A program made the translations under genes and the position numbers. From Coniocarpon cinnabarinum (taxonomy: Eukaryota): 64,000 nt of DNA. The stretch lies in assembly GCA_051942205.1 (NCBI GenBank), contig JAVECO010000007.1:124001-188000 (forward strand). Direction: 5' to 3'. Position 1 is the first letter of the stretch; each line of letters starts with the position of its first letter. Of the stretch, positions 1 through 11,626 are shown one piece after another. The notes beneath the pieces are model-generated. The model ran no database searches. It saw only the letters and a list, made by a program, of their open reading frames with translations, and was not told where the DNA came from.

Positions 1-1116
1 GCGTGAATGTGAGCTAAATTGTGACGCTTTTTCGCTTCTTTCGAGGATCATTGCAGACACGTACCGGACATGTGGATTGCATTTGCGAAGAAATAACTTG
101 CGTATGCGATCAACAGCACTATGCAGCTTTCAATCTTGGGGAAGCGTCTGACGTATGTGAATTTGAGGAGCACTGATGTCGCTACCCCGATCACAATACC
201 AATGACCAGGCTGCCAGTGAAGACGAGTAGGAAGATGCCGACGCTCTCCAGCATGCGGATGGGCGTGAGTCCGGAGGTGACCTCTCCCTCTTCGACCTCT
301 GCACTGTATTGACTGTAGCGCTGCGCTGTCTCAAACAACACAATGGCAATGGCGTCATTGAGTATCGACTCTCCAAATATGGTGGTGTACAGCTTCGGAT
401 CCACCCTGTAGGTGTTGAAAATGGCGAGGATAGTGACTGGATCTGTCGCCGAGAGTGTAGCTCCAACCGAAATCGCATCAACGAAAGTCAATCGCATCGA
501 TTCAATTGGGAGCAGAGCCCACAAATAGATTACAAAGCCCAGCACCAGTGCCGAAATAAAGGTCCCCGCGAAGGCAAATGTGAGAATCGTCCCAATGTGA
601 CGGAAGAAACGGCCTTGGTGCAGCTCATAGCCGGAAGCAAGGATGATCGGTGGTAGGAGCAGATTGAAGAAGAACTGGTACTTGAACGTGACGTTGCCTA
701 GGACAGACTGCTGTGCTGTAAGCCGTAGGATCAGGCCGACAAACGAGCCTACAGAGCTTTAGCTGACATCGTGCCCACAGACGTTGTGTATTATACCTGC
801 GAGAATAGATATCACTGTTTCATGTACCGCTTGTATTCTTCTTGCTTGCAGCATGTAGCTCACAAACAGTGCGACAATAAGTAGCACTATAAGGATGAGG
901 AGTGACCATGACGTGGTGATTTCGGCAGCCTGACTATCGGCACCTGTTGGATGTCAGCGCGACGTTAGTACAGGAGGAACGGCTTTTGCTACCGTCATCA
1001 TCAGCATCAGCCCCATCATCTCTGGCTGTCAATCAGTTAGCCATACAATCATTACAGAAGTCCTCTGGGGTCAACAAACCGAACAATCGATAGAGAATTC
1101 GAGCCTCGGTCGCCAT
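1..1116 (-). CDS. NHX1: Endosomal/vacuolar Na+(K+)/H+ exchanger (NHX1/CPA1 family); 5' part, multi-intron, continues off the window start
   Basis: ATG at 1116 (MATEARILYRLF, then a GT donor); spliced exons give FFNLLLPPIIL and LSATDPVTILAIF...IFGESILNDAIAIVLF, the CPA1/NHX signature; a GTACGT donor near 64 shows the gene continues. Confidence 0.93.
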
Positions 1117-1893
1117 TGTGACAGCGGCCGATCACGACCTGCTGCTGGACGGCGACGTCCAGACTCAGGTGCAGACGGCCGCCGGACCTCTGCTATGAAG
1201 TCCGGAAGCTTGCGAGGTCAAGCCACGAGTGCTGGTGGAGAATGCTAAGGCATCGAATGTGAAGGCTGATGACAGGCAGCGCCAGACGTGCAATGAAGGT
1301 GCCGACGGTAGTCTCGGCCTAAGGGTCGCGCGTCATGCGGCGGAGTAGTGGGATGCAAGAGGAATGTCCTTATGAAGGATACAGTGCAAGTGTTGCATCC
1401 GTCCAACGCTCATCCTTGATGCCCTGAGACTCTGCGCGTGGCTCCGACCTCAAGGACGTGTGCAGTTTGGCAGGGTAGCTGACGGCTGTCCCCTCGTCCA
1501 GCTCACGTGATACTCGCACCCTGCCTCAACTTCTTAGTCAGGTGCATGCATTGATGTGGAGACTGACGCAGGTACGTCAGGGTATCTGAAATGTCCGAAA
1601 AAGGGAGCGGGTTCTACGATCCTCGACGGCAAACTCGTTCAGCATTGCACGCGCCTTCCGTTACAATGTCAACTTCTGCTGCTCAAGCCTGGCTCCATTT
1701 CTGCAGGAGCCGCAAGAGAAGGACCACGGGGTTCTTTGCTCCCGACAAGTTTTCTAGCTCGGTTGCCGCAATACGACTGGCAGCCCCATACACCCGCCGT
1801 GTGTCTCCTGTCGCGCAACGTGATCTCAATCATCTTTAGATGGACAGTTCCAGCACAAATCGGGCGATGAATCGAAAAGGATAAAAGATCTGC

Positions 1894-3810
1894 ATGGTGT
1901 GCACGGAGAAGACTGCGGACATGGCACCAACGCGACAGCGAAGTCTGCAAAATGGCAACATGCTCCCTCTCACACAAGAGCGTCCGGCCCTTGCTGGGCA
2001 GCAAGAGCATGATCAGTCTGGACATGACAACGAAGTGCATGAGCAAGAGGTATCATTGCTGAGGCAAATTTCTACCCACGAGGATACATTCGATGATGAG
2101 GGTGAAGGCATTGGCAGCGATAGTGAGAGCATTCTATTGTTTCAGAACCAAGAGGACACGAAAAGCACCACCTACCTCGTTCTGTTGACGCTTTCAATGT
2201 GCGGCCTTCAAGTCGCGTGGGCTGTGGAATTGTCAAGCATCTCACCTTTTCTGCTAGAGCTTGGTCTCAGCAAATCGCTACTCGCGTTCGTTTGGATTGC
2301 TGGTCCACTCTCGGGAACTTTGGTTCAACCATATGTTGGCATCAGGAGTGACGACTGCAGATATAAACGGGGACGTCGTCGACCCTTCATGATTGGAGGC
2401 GCGCTTGCTACGATTGGCTCACTGATGCTACTTTCATGGACACGTGAGATTGTTCGCGGAGTCTTCGCCATTTTTGGATCAGACAAGCGCTCGCCTCTGG
2501 TCGTTACGTCTTGTAAGATCTGGGCGGTCGCTCTAGTCTATGTCCTTGACTTCGCAATCAATGTGGTACAGGCTGGCATTCGTGCATTCATTGTGGATTG
2601 TGCCCCCACACATCAGCAAGAGAGCGCCAATGCCATTGCTGGAATCATCACAGGGATCGGTGGCATCATCGGCTACTTGTTTGGCGAAATCGACTTGTCA
2701 AAGGCCCTTTCATTCTTGGGTCACACTCAATTTCAGTCCCTCTGCGCCGTTGCCAGCATCGTCATGGCAGCCACGGTGGTGGGGTCTTGCGCTGCCATTC
2801 AGGAGCCGGATCCTCGGACTTTTGGTCCTCCCTCATACAATCAAGGAGGTGTTTTGGCTTTTTTCAAATCAGTTTTCGCCTCAATCAGAGGCCTGCCAAC
2901 TCAAGTTAAGAGAGTCTGCATGGTTCAGATCTTTGCATGGATTGGATGGTTCCCATTCTTGTTCTACATTACAACGTACGTGGGTTATCTGCATGCCAAT
3001 CCCGAGTTCACAGCTCACCCGGGTATGTCCGAGGATGAAATCAATGATGTTTTCGAAATTGGCACACGGCATGGGGCGTTCGCGCTTCTGGTCTACAGTA
3101 TTACTTCACTCGTGGCAAGCGTTGTTCTTCCGATCATTGTTGTGCCGACTTATGATGAGCCAGAGAAATCAATGAAAACTCGCATGCGAAATGGCTCCAC
3201 AGCCTCATTTGGCCAGCATGACGATCATTCGCCGGTCTCCAACACGAAGACCTCTTCAACTTCTTCCGCCAGGCTGAATCGAAACCGCTGTTCGCAGTCA
3301 TTTTCAGCGATCAAATGGCAAATACCTGGTCTCACGCTTCGACGGGCCTGGCTTATCAGTCATGTAATGTTTGCAATCCTAATGTGGCTGACCCTCTTCG
3401 TATCGAGCACCTCAGGCGCCACACTACTTATTGCACTCGTTGGCATTCCTTGGGCGCTCACTAATTGGGCGCCGTTTGCATTGATTGCTGCGGAGATCTC
3501 GAAAAGAGATGCAGTTCGTCGTGGACTTCGAGCACCGCTTTCGACTGACGAGGGAAGACTCATGTCACATACTCGAGCTGACGAGCCAGCGGAGCAAGCA
3601 GGGATTGTGCTGGGCATTCACAACGTCGCCGTGTCGGCTCCCCAGGTCATATCCACTTTGATCAGCAGCATCGTCTTCATGATGTTGCAGAAGCCCCGCG
3701 GCGAGTCCGGCGATGAAAGTGTGGGGTGGGTGCTCAGATTTGGAGGCTTGAGCGCCCTTGCAGCAGCTTGGTGGACTCGAAAAATAGCGGAGGGACACGA
3801 GGAGCGATGA
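1894..3810 (+). CDS. Sucrose/alpha-glucoside:H+ symporter, Sut1/SUC-type MFS (GPH family)
   Basis: Intronless 638-aa ORF (alternative start 1921) with about 12 hydrophobic segments and family motifs WIAGPLSGTLVQPYVG, GRRRPF, WIGWFPFLFY, GIHNVAVSAPQ. Confidence 0.9.
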   Translation: MVCTEKTADMAPTRQRSLQNGNMLPLTQERPALAGQQEHDQSGHDNEVHEQEVSLLRQISTHEDTFDDEGEGIGSDSESILLFQNQEDTKSTTYLVLLTLSMCGLQVAWAVELSSISPFLLELGLSKSLLAFVWIAGPLSGTLVQPYVGIRSDDCRYKRGRRRPFMIGGALATIGSLMLLSWTREIVRGVFAIFGSDKRSPLVVTSCKIWAVALVYVLDFAINVVQAGIRAFIVDCAPTHQQESANAIAGIITGIGGIIGYLFGEIDLSKALSFLGHTQFQSLCAVASIVMAATVVGSCAAIQEPDPRTFGPPSYNQGGVLAFFKSVFASIRGLPTQVKRVCMVQIFAWIGWFPFLFYITTYVGYLHANPEFTAHPGMSEDEINDVFEIGTRHGAFALLVYSITSLVASVVLPIIVVPTYDEPEKSMKTRMRNGSTASFGQHDDHSPVSNTKTSSTSSARLNRNRCSQSFSAIKWQIPGLTLRRAWLISHVMFAILMWLTLFVSSTSGATLLIALVGIPWALTNWAPFALIAAEISKRDAVRRGLRAPLSTDEGRLMSHTRADEPAEQAGIVLGIHNVAVSAPQVISTLISSIVFMMLQKPRGESGDESVGWVLRFGGLSALAAAWWTRKIAEGHEER

Positions 3811-5777
3811 TCCGGTGAATATGCCATTTTTGAAACGAGTTGCATCGGCTCGGAATCACGGAAGCCAGCGCAGTTGGCATTGGTCGTCAGAGGTGTTTGT
3901 CGGTGACGGAACTGGGATTCAATGTGCGAGCTTTTGCAGATCCCAAGGATATTTGACAGGGCGGCAGACCCCCGACAGGACTCTTCATGCACACGTCCGA
4001 CGGTCTTGGGAAGCGATTGGAGCCCCATTCGCTGTCGGTCAGTTCATTCAGAGAATCATTCTGGGTGCCATCGAGCGCGAAGCTCGGCAGATAGCTGCAT
4101 AGCTCGTCCCTTGATCCAAGGAATATCGAAAACGCCAGCGCTAGCGTCTCCCACTGGGCGGTGGACGACTCAGAAATTTTTTTCGAAACTCCTCGTGGAA
4201 CGCTACGGTAGGGTCGCGTGGGCAATGTTCCTCCCACTGGGACGATATTTGTGGCACTCTGGATGGAAGGAGGATGAAACAAGTCAGTAGTAGATGCTTC
4301 GTCCAGCAAAGCTTGGAAGAGAGAACAGATGTGAGAACACCGACGTCAGGCAAGTGGCCAACCTGTATCGAATCCTAGGCAGCCGGACCCAGATTTGTCC
4401 TTGAACAAATGACAAATCCCCATTTGCTGAATCTGTGCTTGCGGCTGGGAGGCCAGAACGAGGGCGTGGAGGGGCACGCAGAGCACCAAAGAGCGCTAGT
4501 GTGTAGGATAAACGGAATCACCCGTTGCACACACGACGTTCGAGTGCACGACGGGTGGACAGGATACCACTCCAGCGCAAGGAATGTGTAGGCTGGACTA
4601 CGAGGCTGTCGGTCATGTCAGTTCAGGACTCACGTAGCGGTTTACACATGCAAGGACCATGGCGTAGTGAAGATGGCTTACCGGCTTTGTTGAGACCGGA
4701 CCCTGCGAGCGTGCGTCAAAGTCTGTCGTGCTGATCACCCGCATGCTCGGTTCTCTCTCTCGTTCTGGTATTGATCTGATTTGAGATGCGAACATGAGCA
4801 GTTAGCTGCGAGCCCGTTCTCGCGAAGCCCTTTCGGCTCCTGTGGACGCTGGACAGGCGATCCTTGTCAGAGCTGCATGTTATACTTCGAAAGCCATTTT
4901 TTTTGAAGATCACGGAGCAGTAGGCGATGGGCACGCTTAAATTATCAGAGGAGGACAAACGGTTCGGGGAAACTCCGAAGCCCTCACAGCCTTTCGACAA
5001 TTGCAAGACAGTAGCTGTATGAATGGATCCGTCGCTAACTCATGCACAGAGTGTAAGCCTTGAAGCAATACGAGGCAGCGCAAGGCTTCTGTGGAGCAGC
5101 CGCGCACAGGAGGTCTCTATACCTCCAACATCGATGCACGAAAGGGAGAAAAGCGAACTACGTAAAGGTACAGAGAAGATCATCGAGCCTCACCTATAAG
5201 GCTCCCACACAGGCTGTATTTTCCAAAACCATTGCAGCACTAGCCGCAAACCAATGGTCAAGAGCCGCTGATCTGTTCCTCAATCACGGCTCTTGATGCG
5301 CCGGGCGACTTGGCTCGTTCCAGATTCCATCCTCCTCGATACATTGGTGCAGAGAGAGGCTAAGTAGGTGGCTGGGCGGATTTCAGCCAATACTTGCCCA
5401 CGACCAGGGCACTGGAGCCGATGGATGCAACCTGTCTCGCAGGCGATTCTGTGGAGCGGCAGTTGCCACGCTCGCCGCAGGACTGTGGACGCAGAGGGCC
5501 ATCCAAGAGATTGGCAACTGGCACGCCCGGCGGCCTGGTCCGCAGTGGGTACGGAGGATGCGACATGCAGTGGAGGAGAGGGCACAGCGAATGGACGGGC
5601 CCAGGCGTCGTCTAGCTCGCGAGAGAGGTGATGGGCAGCGCGCAGGCGTGATTGCGCACCGGGGCGGCGCTGGGGTGAGACATAGACAGAGATGGCATCA
5701 TTCGAGGCAGCGCTGGCAGCATTGGGCGTCAGTGACTGCAGTCGAGAGAGCGCGCGAGGGGAAGAGGGAGGGTGTGA

Positions 5778-5802
5778 TGTGTGTGTGTGTGTGTGTGTGT
5801 GT
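5778..5802. repeat. (TG)n microsatellite, about 12 units
   Basis: Seen directly in the long intergenic region upstream of the WOPR gene. Confidence 0.95.
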
Positions 5803-6996
5803 TGTGTGTTGGAGTTGCTGCCTCGTCGGGGCCTCGGGCGAGCAGAGGGCGAAGGGGACCGTGAGAGGCAGAGCGCGCCAGCCCATCTCTGATACCACCA
5901 CAGCAGTCCACAGTCCCCGTCCACCGTCCACAGACCACAATCAAGTCCACAGCCCGCTCGCTGACTGTGCCTCTTCCTCGCCGCCCACGCGAATTCCATG
6001 GTCCTCACGCCTTGGCCGTCCCTCCCAAATCTCTCACTGCTCTCTCTCGCCGCCGCTGCTCCGCAGTCAAAGACCCCGAGGCAGCCATCCGCGGCGTGGC
6101 CTGACTGGTGCTGGAAGTCTCCGCCGGCCACGACGCGACCAAGGTGGATTCCACGAGTTCTGATACTACCACCGCGTCTGCCCTCGGCCCAAGGTGCCGA
6201 TCAACAAGCTGCTGGGCTCAGTTCAGCCCCCAGGCTCGTTGCACGTTGGATATCAACATTCTTCAGGACATCCATCGCGCATCCAACGCCATCTCTCCTA
6301 ACCCACCCCTTCCCCAGCGTCTCTGTCTCGCGCCCGCGCTCACCAACTCCTCGAACTCTATCTGGACCCCGTAGCCGCTCCACCCCTCAGCCGCCGCTTA
6401 TCTGACTCTGGCACTCGACGGGCGCGCCGCGGCAGTCCACTACGTCTCTGCGCTGCTGCACGCACGCAATCCCTGTGCCGTTCCCTCTTCTTCAGATCTT
6501 ACGGGCCCTGCGCCTCACCGAACCTTAACTCTGGCTCTGCTCCCCCCCACACCTGTCCACGTTATTAAGATCGTACTAAGGCCGGCGTGCACTAGGCTTC
6601 GGCACACGCCCGCCTAACTGCTCTTGGGTCCAGGCTGTGTGGCATGAGTGGGCTTCGTCCTCGCCTGCAGCTTCCCTCAGTCCTTGGAGGCTCCTTCGCG
6701 TCTTTCATTGGCATCCCTTGCACGCGACAGACTCTTAGTCACTGCGCGAGACTCACTCGGGAAAGTGCGCGTCCTTTCGCTCCTACAGCACCTATTGTTG
6801 TCGTGCCCACAGATACGCTGAGCACGTTGACCTCGACGCGACCGGGTCTCGTCAATCTCTTGCACGTCACTGCCGTGTAGTAACATTGTTCGATTCGTCG
6901 GCCAACGTCATCTGGTGGGACTGGTTCTTGACGGTGCGTGGCTGATCTCCTGTTGTCCGTCTCGCCTCATGTTGATATTTGGAGGACTTGTTTGAG

Positions 6997-7390
6997 GTAA
7001 GCTTGTTTATATTTCCTTCCAGCTCCCTCGTGTGCCCATCGGGACATCAGGATGGAGAGTGCGCGAGATCATCGCTCTGTTGAGTTGTGGGGTTGTGTTT
7101 CTGCCTCTCCAGCTTGGAGCCGTCACTCGAACCCACGCACACAGTGTATTCTAGTTCTGCGAAAATGGGTGTCTGCGCTTGTTGCGTCGAATGAGGCTAA
7201 ACGCACCGCCTCATGGAATCGACATTGGCATTTCATGAAACGTTGGGTACCAATCGCAGCGCCCTTGCCGTTGCTCATGCACGACCATCTCCGGTTCTTG
7301 ATGCGTTTGCCGATCTTCTTTGCATTCGGAAGATATTTGCTGCGGAGGAAATTTGAGATCGTTGGAGTTTTACTGACGATTTCTTTGTAG
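6997..7390 (+). other. Probable 5'-UTR intron of the WOPR regulator gene
   Basis: AG|GTAAGC donor at 6997, TACTGAC branch at 7371, TTCTTTGTAG acceptor at 7390, about 380 nt before the ATG. Confidence 0.6.
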
Positions 7391-7773
7391 GTTATATTGA
7401 TATTGATGACTCCAGATGGTCCTCATTGTCTAAGAAAGAACAGACTATCATTACTACGTAACGGCCTCGAAAGAAAGTTCTGTTGTTTCAGTCGAGGCAA
7501 GCGCAGAGTGCCTTCTGCCTTAAGGTTGTTCCGCCTTAAAGTTAATCACAAAGTTCACTCTGTGCTCGCACCTGGTGTTGCTGCAAGCTGGCCGCTCTTG
7601 CAACCCATAGGTGCGATACGAGTTACCATTTCTTCCGGAAGGCTTGTGTTCAAGGTGTGCTATTTAGGTGCAAGTGCATGACGCAGCTCTGACGAAGCGA
7701 ACACCACCGTGACCCTGTTTGGATAGACACGGAACGTGCCAAACTCTGTGAGCCACACAGGATTTTCCAAAGC

Positions 7774-9000
7774 ATGAGTATCAGTTCGACTCATACGCCG
7801 CCGACACCGTCGACGCCGATGCCCGCTGCGTCGACGACACCATTGCAGCCCACCTTTGCCGGGTTTGTCTCTGACACCAAAGATGCGCTGCTCCTTTTCG
7901 AGGCAGTACTTCAGGGCATGCTGAATCGGGTGACGCGACGCCCGCACGATCGTGAACGAGCGAGCCTGATCCGCAGTGGATCAATATTCATATACGAGGA
8001 AGGGGCGTCGGGCATCAAGAGGTGGACGGACGGTGTCAGCTGGAGTCCGAGTCGGATTCTGGGCAACTTCCTCATCTACCGTGAGCTGGAGAAACCGTTC
8101 CCGCCGGGAGAAAAAAAGAGGGCCAAGCCCAAGGTCAAGCAGGCACCGGCGTCAGACGATATCGGTATCAAACAGGAGGGCATGGATGGGTCGCTGGCTT
8201 CGCCGACCACGCCCATGTCGTCCAGCGCATCAACGTCGGTGAAGCAAGAAGGAGAGAAGGACGCGAAACGAGCACTTCTGGGATCACTCACCGAATCGTA
8301 CAACTTCAAGGACCCGGGCGGACTGGTGAAGAAGACCATGAGCGTGAACGTGGCAGGCTCGCAGTTTCATCTCGTTTCTTACTATGACCATGAAGATGTC
8401 GAAAAGGGTCTGCTCGAGAGCCCGGGTCAGACCACCTTGAAATACATTCGAGTTCGCGATGAGCTTGTGAACCGTCAGAACTTCCGGACACCAATCGATG
8501 AAGCCAATGAAGGCGGCATGCAACCCAACGCCGCGTGGGCCACCACGACCGGCGCGCCGCAGCAGAACGCCTACCTTCCGACCGGCAACCCAAGCCACTC
8601 TGCATTCATGTCCCCGCAACAGCAGGAGCAAGAGTATCTGCAGCGTGGCGGACCAGCCATGCCAGGCGCCATGTCGCCGCCGTCCTCATCGTACCATGCC
8701 CCGTGGAGTCAGCCACAAGACCCGCGCAATCCTTTCGCGGACCAGCGATACCCGATGTCGGCGTCGTCGCCTGTACCCGCCCAAAACCCATATCTGGCTC
8801 CGACGCCAGGCATGACGTCGTCGATGCAGATGCGACCCGACTTTGCGCAATACCCGCAGCCGAGCTACAGCGCCGAGCGTTACCAACAGTATCCAGACCA
8901 GCACGCTCAGCACCCGCACGCGAGTCAGTCGCCCATGGCGCCGTACAGTCAACAGTATTCGACACCAGGTCCCTCAAATCACGGCTGGCCTCCACGATAA
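7774..9000 (+). CDS. Gti1/Pac2 (WOPR) transcription factor, Wor1/Ryp1/Sge1 clade
   Basis: 408-aa ORF with WOPRa (DALLLFEA...RRPHDRER...IKRWTDGVSWSPSRILGNFLIYRELEKPFPPGEKKRA) and WOPRb (GLVKKTMSV...HLVSYY), then a Q/P-rich tail. Confidence 0.93.
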   Translation: MSISSTHTPPTPSTPMPAASTTPLQPTFAGFVSDTKDALLLFEAVLQGMLNRVTRRPHDRERASLIRSGSIFIYEEGASGIKRWTDGVSWSPSRILGNFLIYRELEKPFPPGEKKRAKPKVKQAPASDDIGIKQEGMDGSLASPTTPMSSSASTSVKQEGEKDAKRALLGSLTESYNFKDPGGLVKKTMSVNVAGSQFHLVSYYDHEDVEKGLLESPGQTTLKYIRVRDELVNRQNFRTPIDEANEGGMQPNAAWATTTGAPQQNAYLPTGNPSHSAFMSPQQQEQEYLQRGGPAMPGAMSPPSSSYHAPWSQPQDPRNPFADQRYPMSASSPVPAQNPYLAPTPGMTSSMQMRPDFAQYPQPSYSAERYQQYPDQHAQHPHASQSPMAPYSQQYSTPGPSNHGWPPR

Positions 9001-11626
9001 CAATGGCGTTGGTGGCGAGGTGCATCGAAATTGTGTCTTCACGTAACGGAAAAGTCCAAATCATTTCCAATCCCGGCCGCGGGAATTTTGGTTGTCTGAA
9101 AAGAAAAAGAAAAGAAAACAACGCCGTCAGTCCTGTCTGGTTCCTACTTCTTTTGTCTCGGTGACTTTGTGTTCGAGCGTCGATCTGTTTGTCTCGCTCG
9201 GGTCGAAGGCTGTTCACGCGTGGGGCACTCGTGCATTCAGCGGAGTGCTCGACATGAAATTGGGAGGCCTTTGTTTAGCTTTTCCTTTGCATTAGCCCAG
9301 CCACATACAGTTTACACAAGTCATGACCTGAGACGCGCGCATCGGGTGTAGAATAGGAGGGAAAAGAGGGGAAATGGAGAGTCTTTATTCGAGGATGCTT
9401 AGAGACAGGGCCGTTGGCGCGCGAGAGAGGGAGTGGAGTGAGCATGACCCTAGAATAATAATGAAAACCCCAGTTGCAAACAAAACCCGTCCGCGCGTGC
9501 CCCACGTGACGTGTGGCACGGTGACTTATTGGCTCGAGTAGGATAGTATTCTCGTACTTGTGGAGTCGGGTGGTCCCTGACGGGCGTGAGAGGAGAGGTG
9601 AAAGACATACAGAGGGTGCTGTGTTGCGTGTTGGGGGCAAGGGGAGAGGCGTGTTTAAATGCGCGCACATGCCCAACAAACAGAGTTCATCAGATGCTGG
9701 CATCAGTCATCGTCCGTCCACCGCAGTAAGTTTGCGATACCCTCGGTCAATGGGGTGAGGGGGTTGGGCAAGGGGGCAAAGGGCGCGGCGAAGAAGTGTA
9801 TTTCGATTTAGACGTCGACCGTGCTGGACCTTGTTCGTGGTGGCGGCGCGAGGGCGAGGCTTGGGCGTCGTCGAGCGCGGACGGAGCGTGAGGCTCGGTG
9901 GGCTGAACCCTAACCGGGGCGCCGACGTTTAAGCGCGGAGACGGGGCGCTGCTGTCTCGAACTCTGAGCGCTTGATGCTTTATTGAGGGGGTGAGGGAGG
10001 ATTAGAGGTGCTACTGGGGACGAGCATGTACTCATGTTACGTGAGTGGTGGTGACGGTCTCTGGAGTGATTTTCCGAGCTACGATGCAGGCGTTATCGGG
10101 CCACATGGGCAGGGCCGTCTAGTGCGTGGAGCGCTGCCTGATGGGGGGACCTGAGACGAACAGGTCCGGGGATGGAGACAGCCTTGCGCGGCAGCGGGGA
10201 AGTGTCATTGCAGGGGAGGGAGATACGTATTCATGGGTGAACAACGTGGTGAGAGGGAGGGAGCTCAAAGGTACGTCAGTCGACCAGCACAGTGCAAGCT
10301 CCGCGGCAAGGGTGAGGGACAAAAGTCGTTGCCGGATCTCAGTCTAGGCGACGAGCCCATACGGTGAGAACAATTGATGTCACATAGCTATCAGCAAAAC
10401 CGCGAAAGCGCCTCGCGACTCATAAGACGTTGAATTATTGTGCGGCAAGTACTTTCTCTGAAGGGCCCTTGCGGTGTGTCCATCCCAGCGTGACAACGGA
10501 GCCACCAGCAGAGCACGTGAAAGCTGTCGCTGTCAACAGCCTGTGCCAAGCCGGCAATTCTCAAGGCGCTACGAATCCCTCGACGCTCTGATAAGACCCA
10601 GCCGAGTCACGCGCATGTCGAGGGGGGCAGCTGAAAGGACAGCGAGCGAGGAGGAGCTGGCTCGCGTGGCGGTGGGAGAGGCGGTCGAAGGGAGGGCGAT
10701 GATGCGGCGAGCGGCGTCTATCGCTCAGCATCCCCACGGAGCTCAGTTCCTGTTCGGGTGCGCGCCAGGCCCGTTGTGTCCAGCTAGACGCGGTGGCGGG
10801 CGGTGTTATCTGCCGGTGAGAGCTGGGGGATGGGGGAGGCCAATGAGAAGACGAGCGCCGGCCGAGACTCCGGGGGACGCCGGCGATTACAGTCAAAGTC
10901 TCGGGCCAGGCTGAGGTGCCACTGGGTGCATCTCGCGCACAGCAAGTCAGATGGCCGCAATCCCTCTCTCCCGGCCCCCATCCGCCGAGCGCTTGGGCCT
11001 GTCGCTCGTTCGTCTCGTCTCGACTCGACTCGACTCGTGGCGTGCGAGTGCTCGAGTCCTGTTGGCTGGCCGGGCGTTGGCTCCTCGACTGTGCACGACT
11101 GTGCACGACTGTGCACGAGTCTGCCTCGCTGGCTCTCTGCGCAGTGGTAGTCGTTAGTCGTTAGTGCGCGCTGCACGACCACAATCACCACCACCACTAG
11201 CTAAACACTCCTATCGCCATCCTCCTCCCTCACCACCTACCGCTCTGCATTATCGCTCGCTCGCTCCACTCCTGCTCCCGCGCCCTCGTGCCCTCTTCGC
11301 ATCCCATCACCACCATCCAGCCTCCAGCTCTTCCCTGTCTATACCATCGCCCACTCTCACCCACGCTCTTCACCGTCCCCTACCCGCCTGCCACTCCCCA
11401 ACCACTCGGCATGTCCGAGTCTCCATGATACGCGGCCTGCCAAAGCGTTTCCTACGTCACCGCTTCAACCCTGCTCCCAGCCAACGCGTGTCCGCCCGCT
11501 CGCCGGATATCGTCAGCGTTCCCGTCGCGCGGAGTGACGACCATGAGACTGGTCCAGTCTGACCTCCACTGCACGCTGTCGGCGCCCTGAGAGGAGAGAG
11601 CCTCCCATTACCAGGTGCTCCTCTTG

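Noticed and set aside
5280..6405. Long ORFs on both strands (283, 201, 135 aa)
   Set aside because: GC-rich promoter-like DNA running through the (TG)n tract; no domain or codon pattern.
9906..9915. AACCCTAACC telomere-like word
   Set aside because: Fewer than two units; not an interstitial telomeric array.
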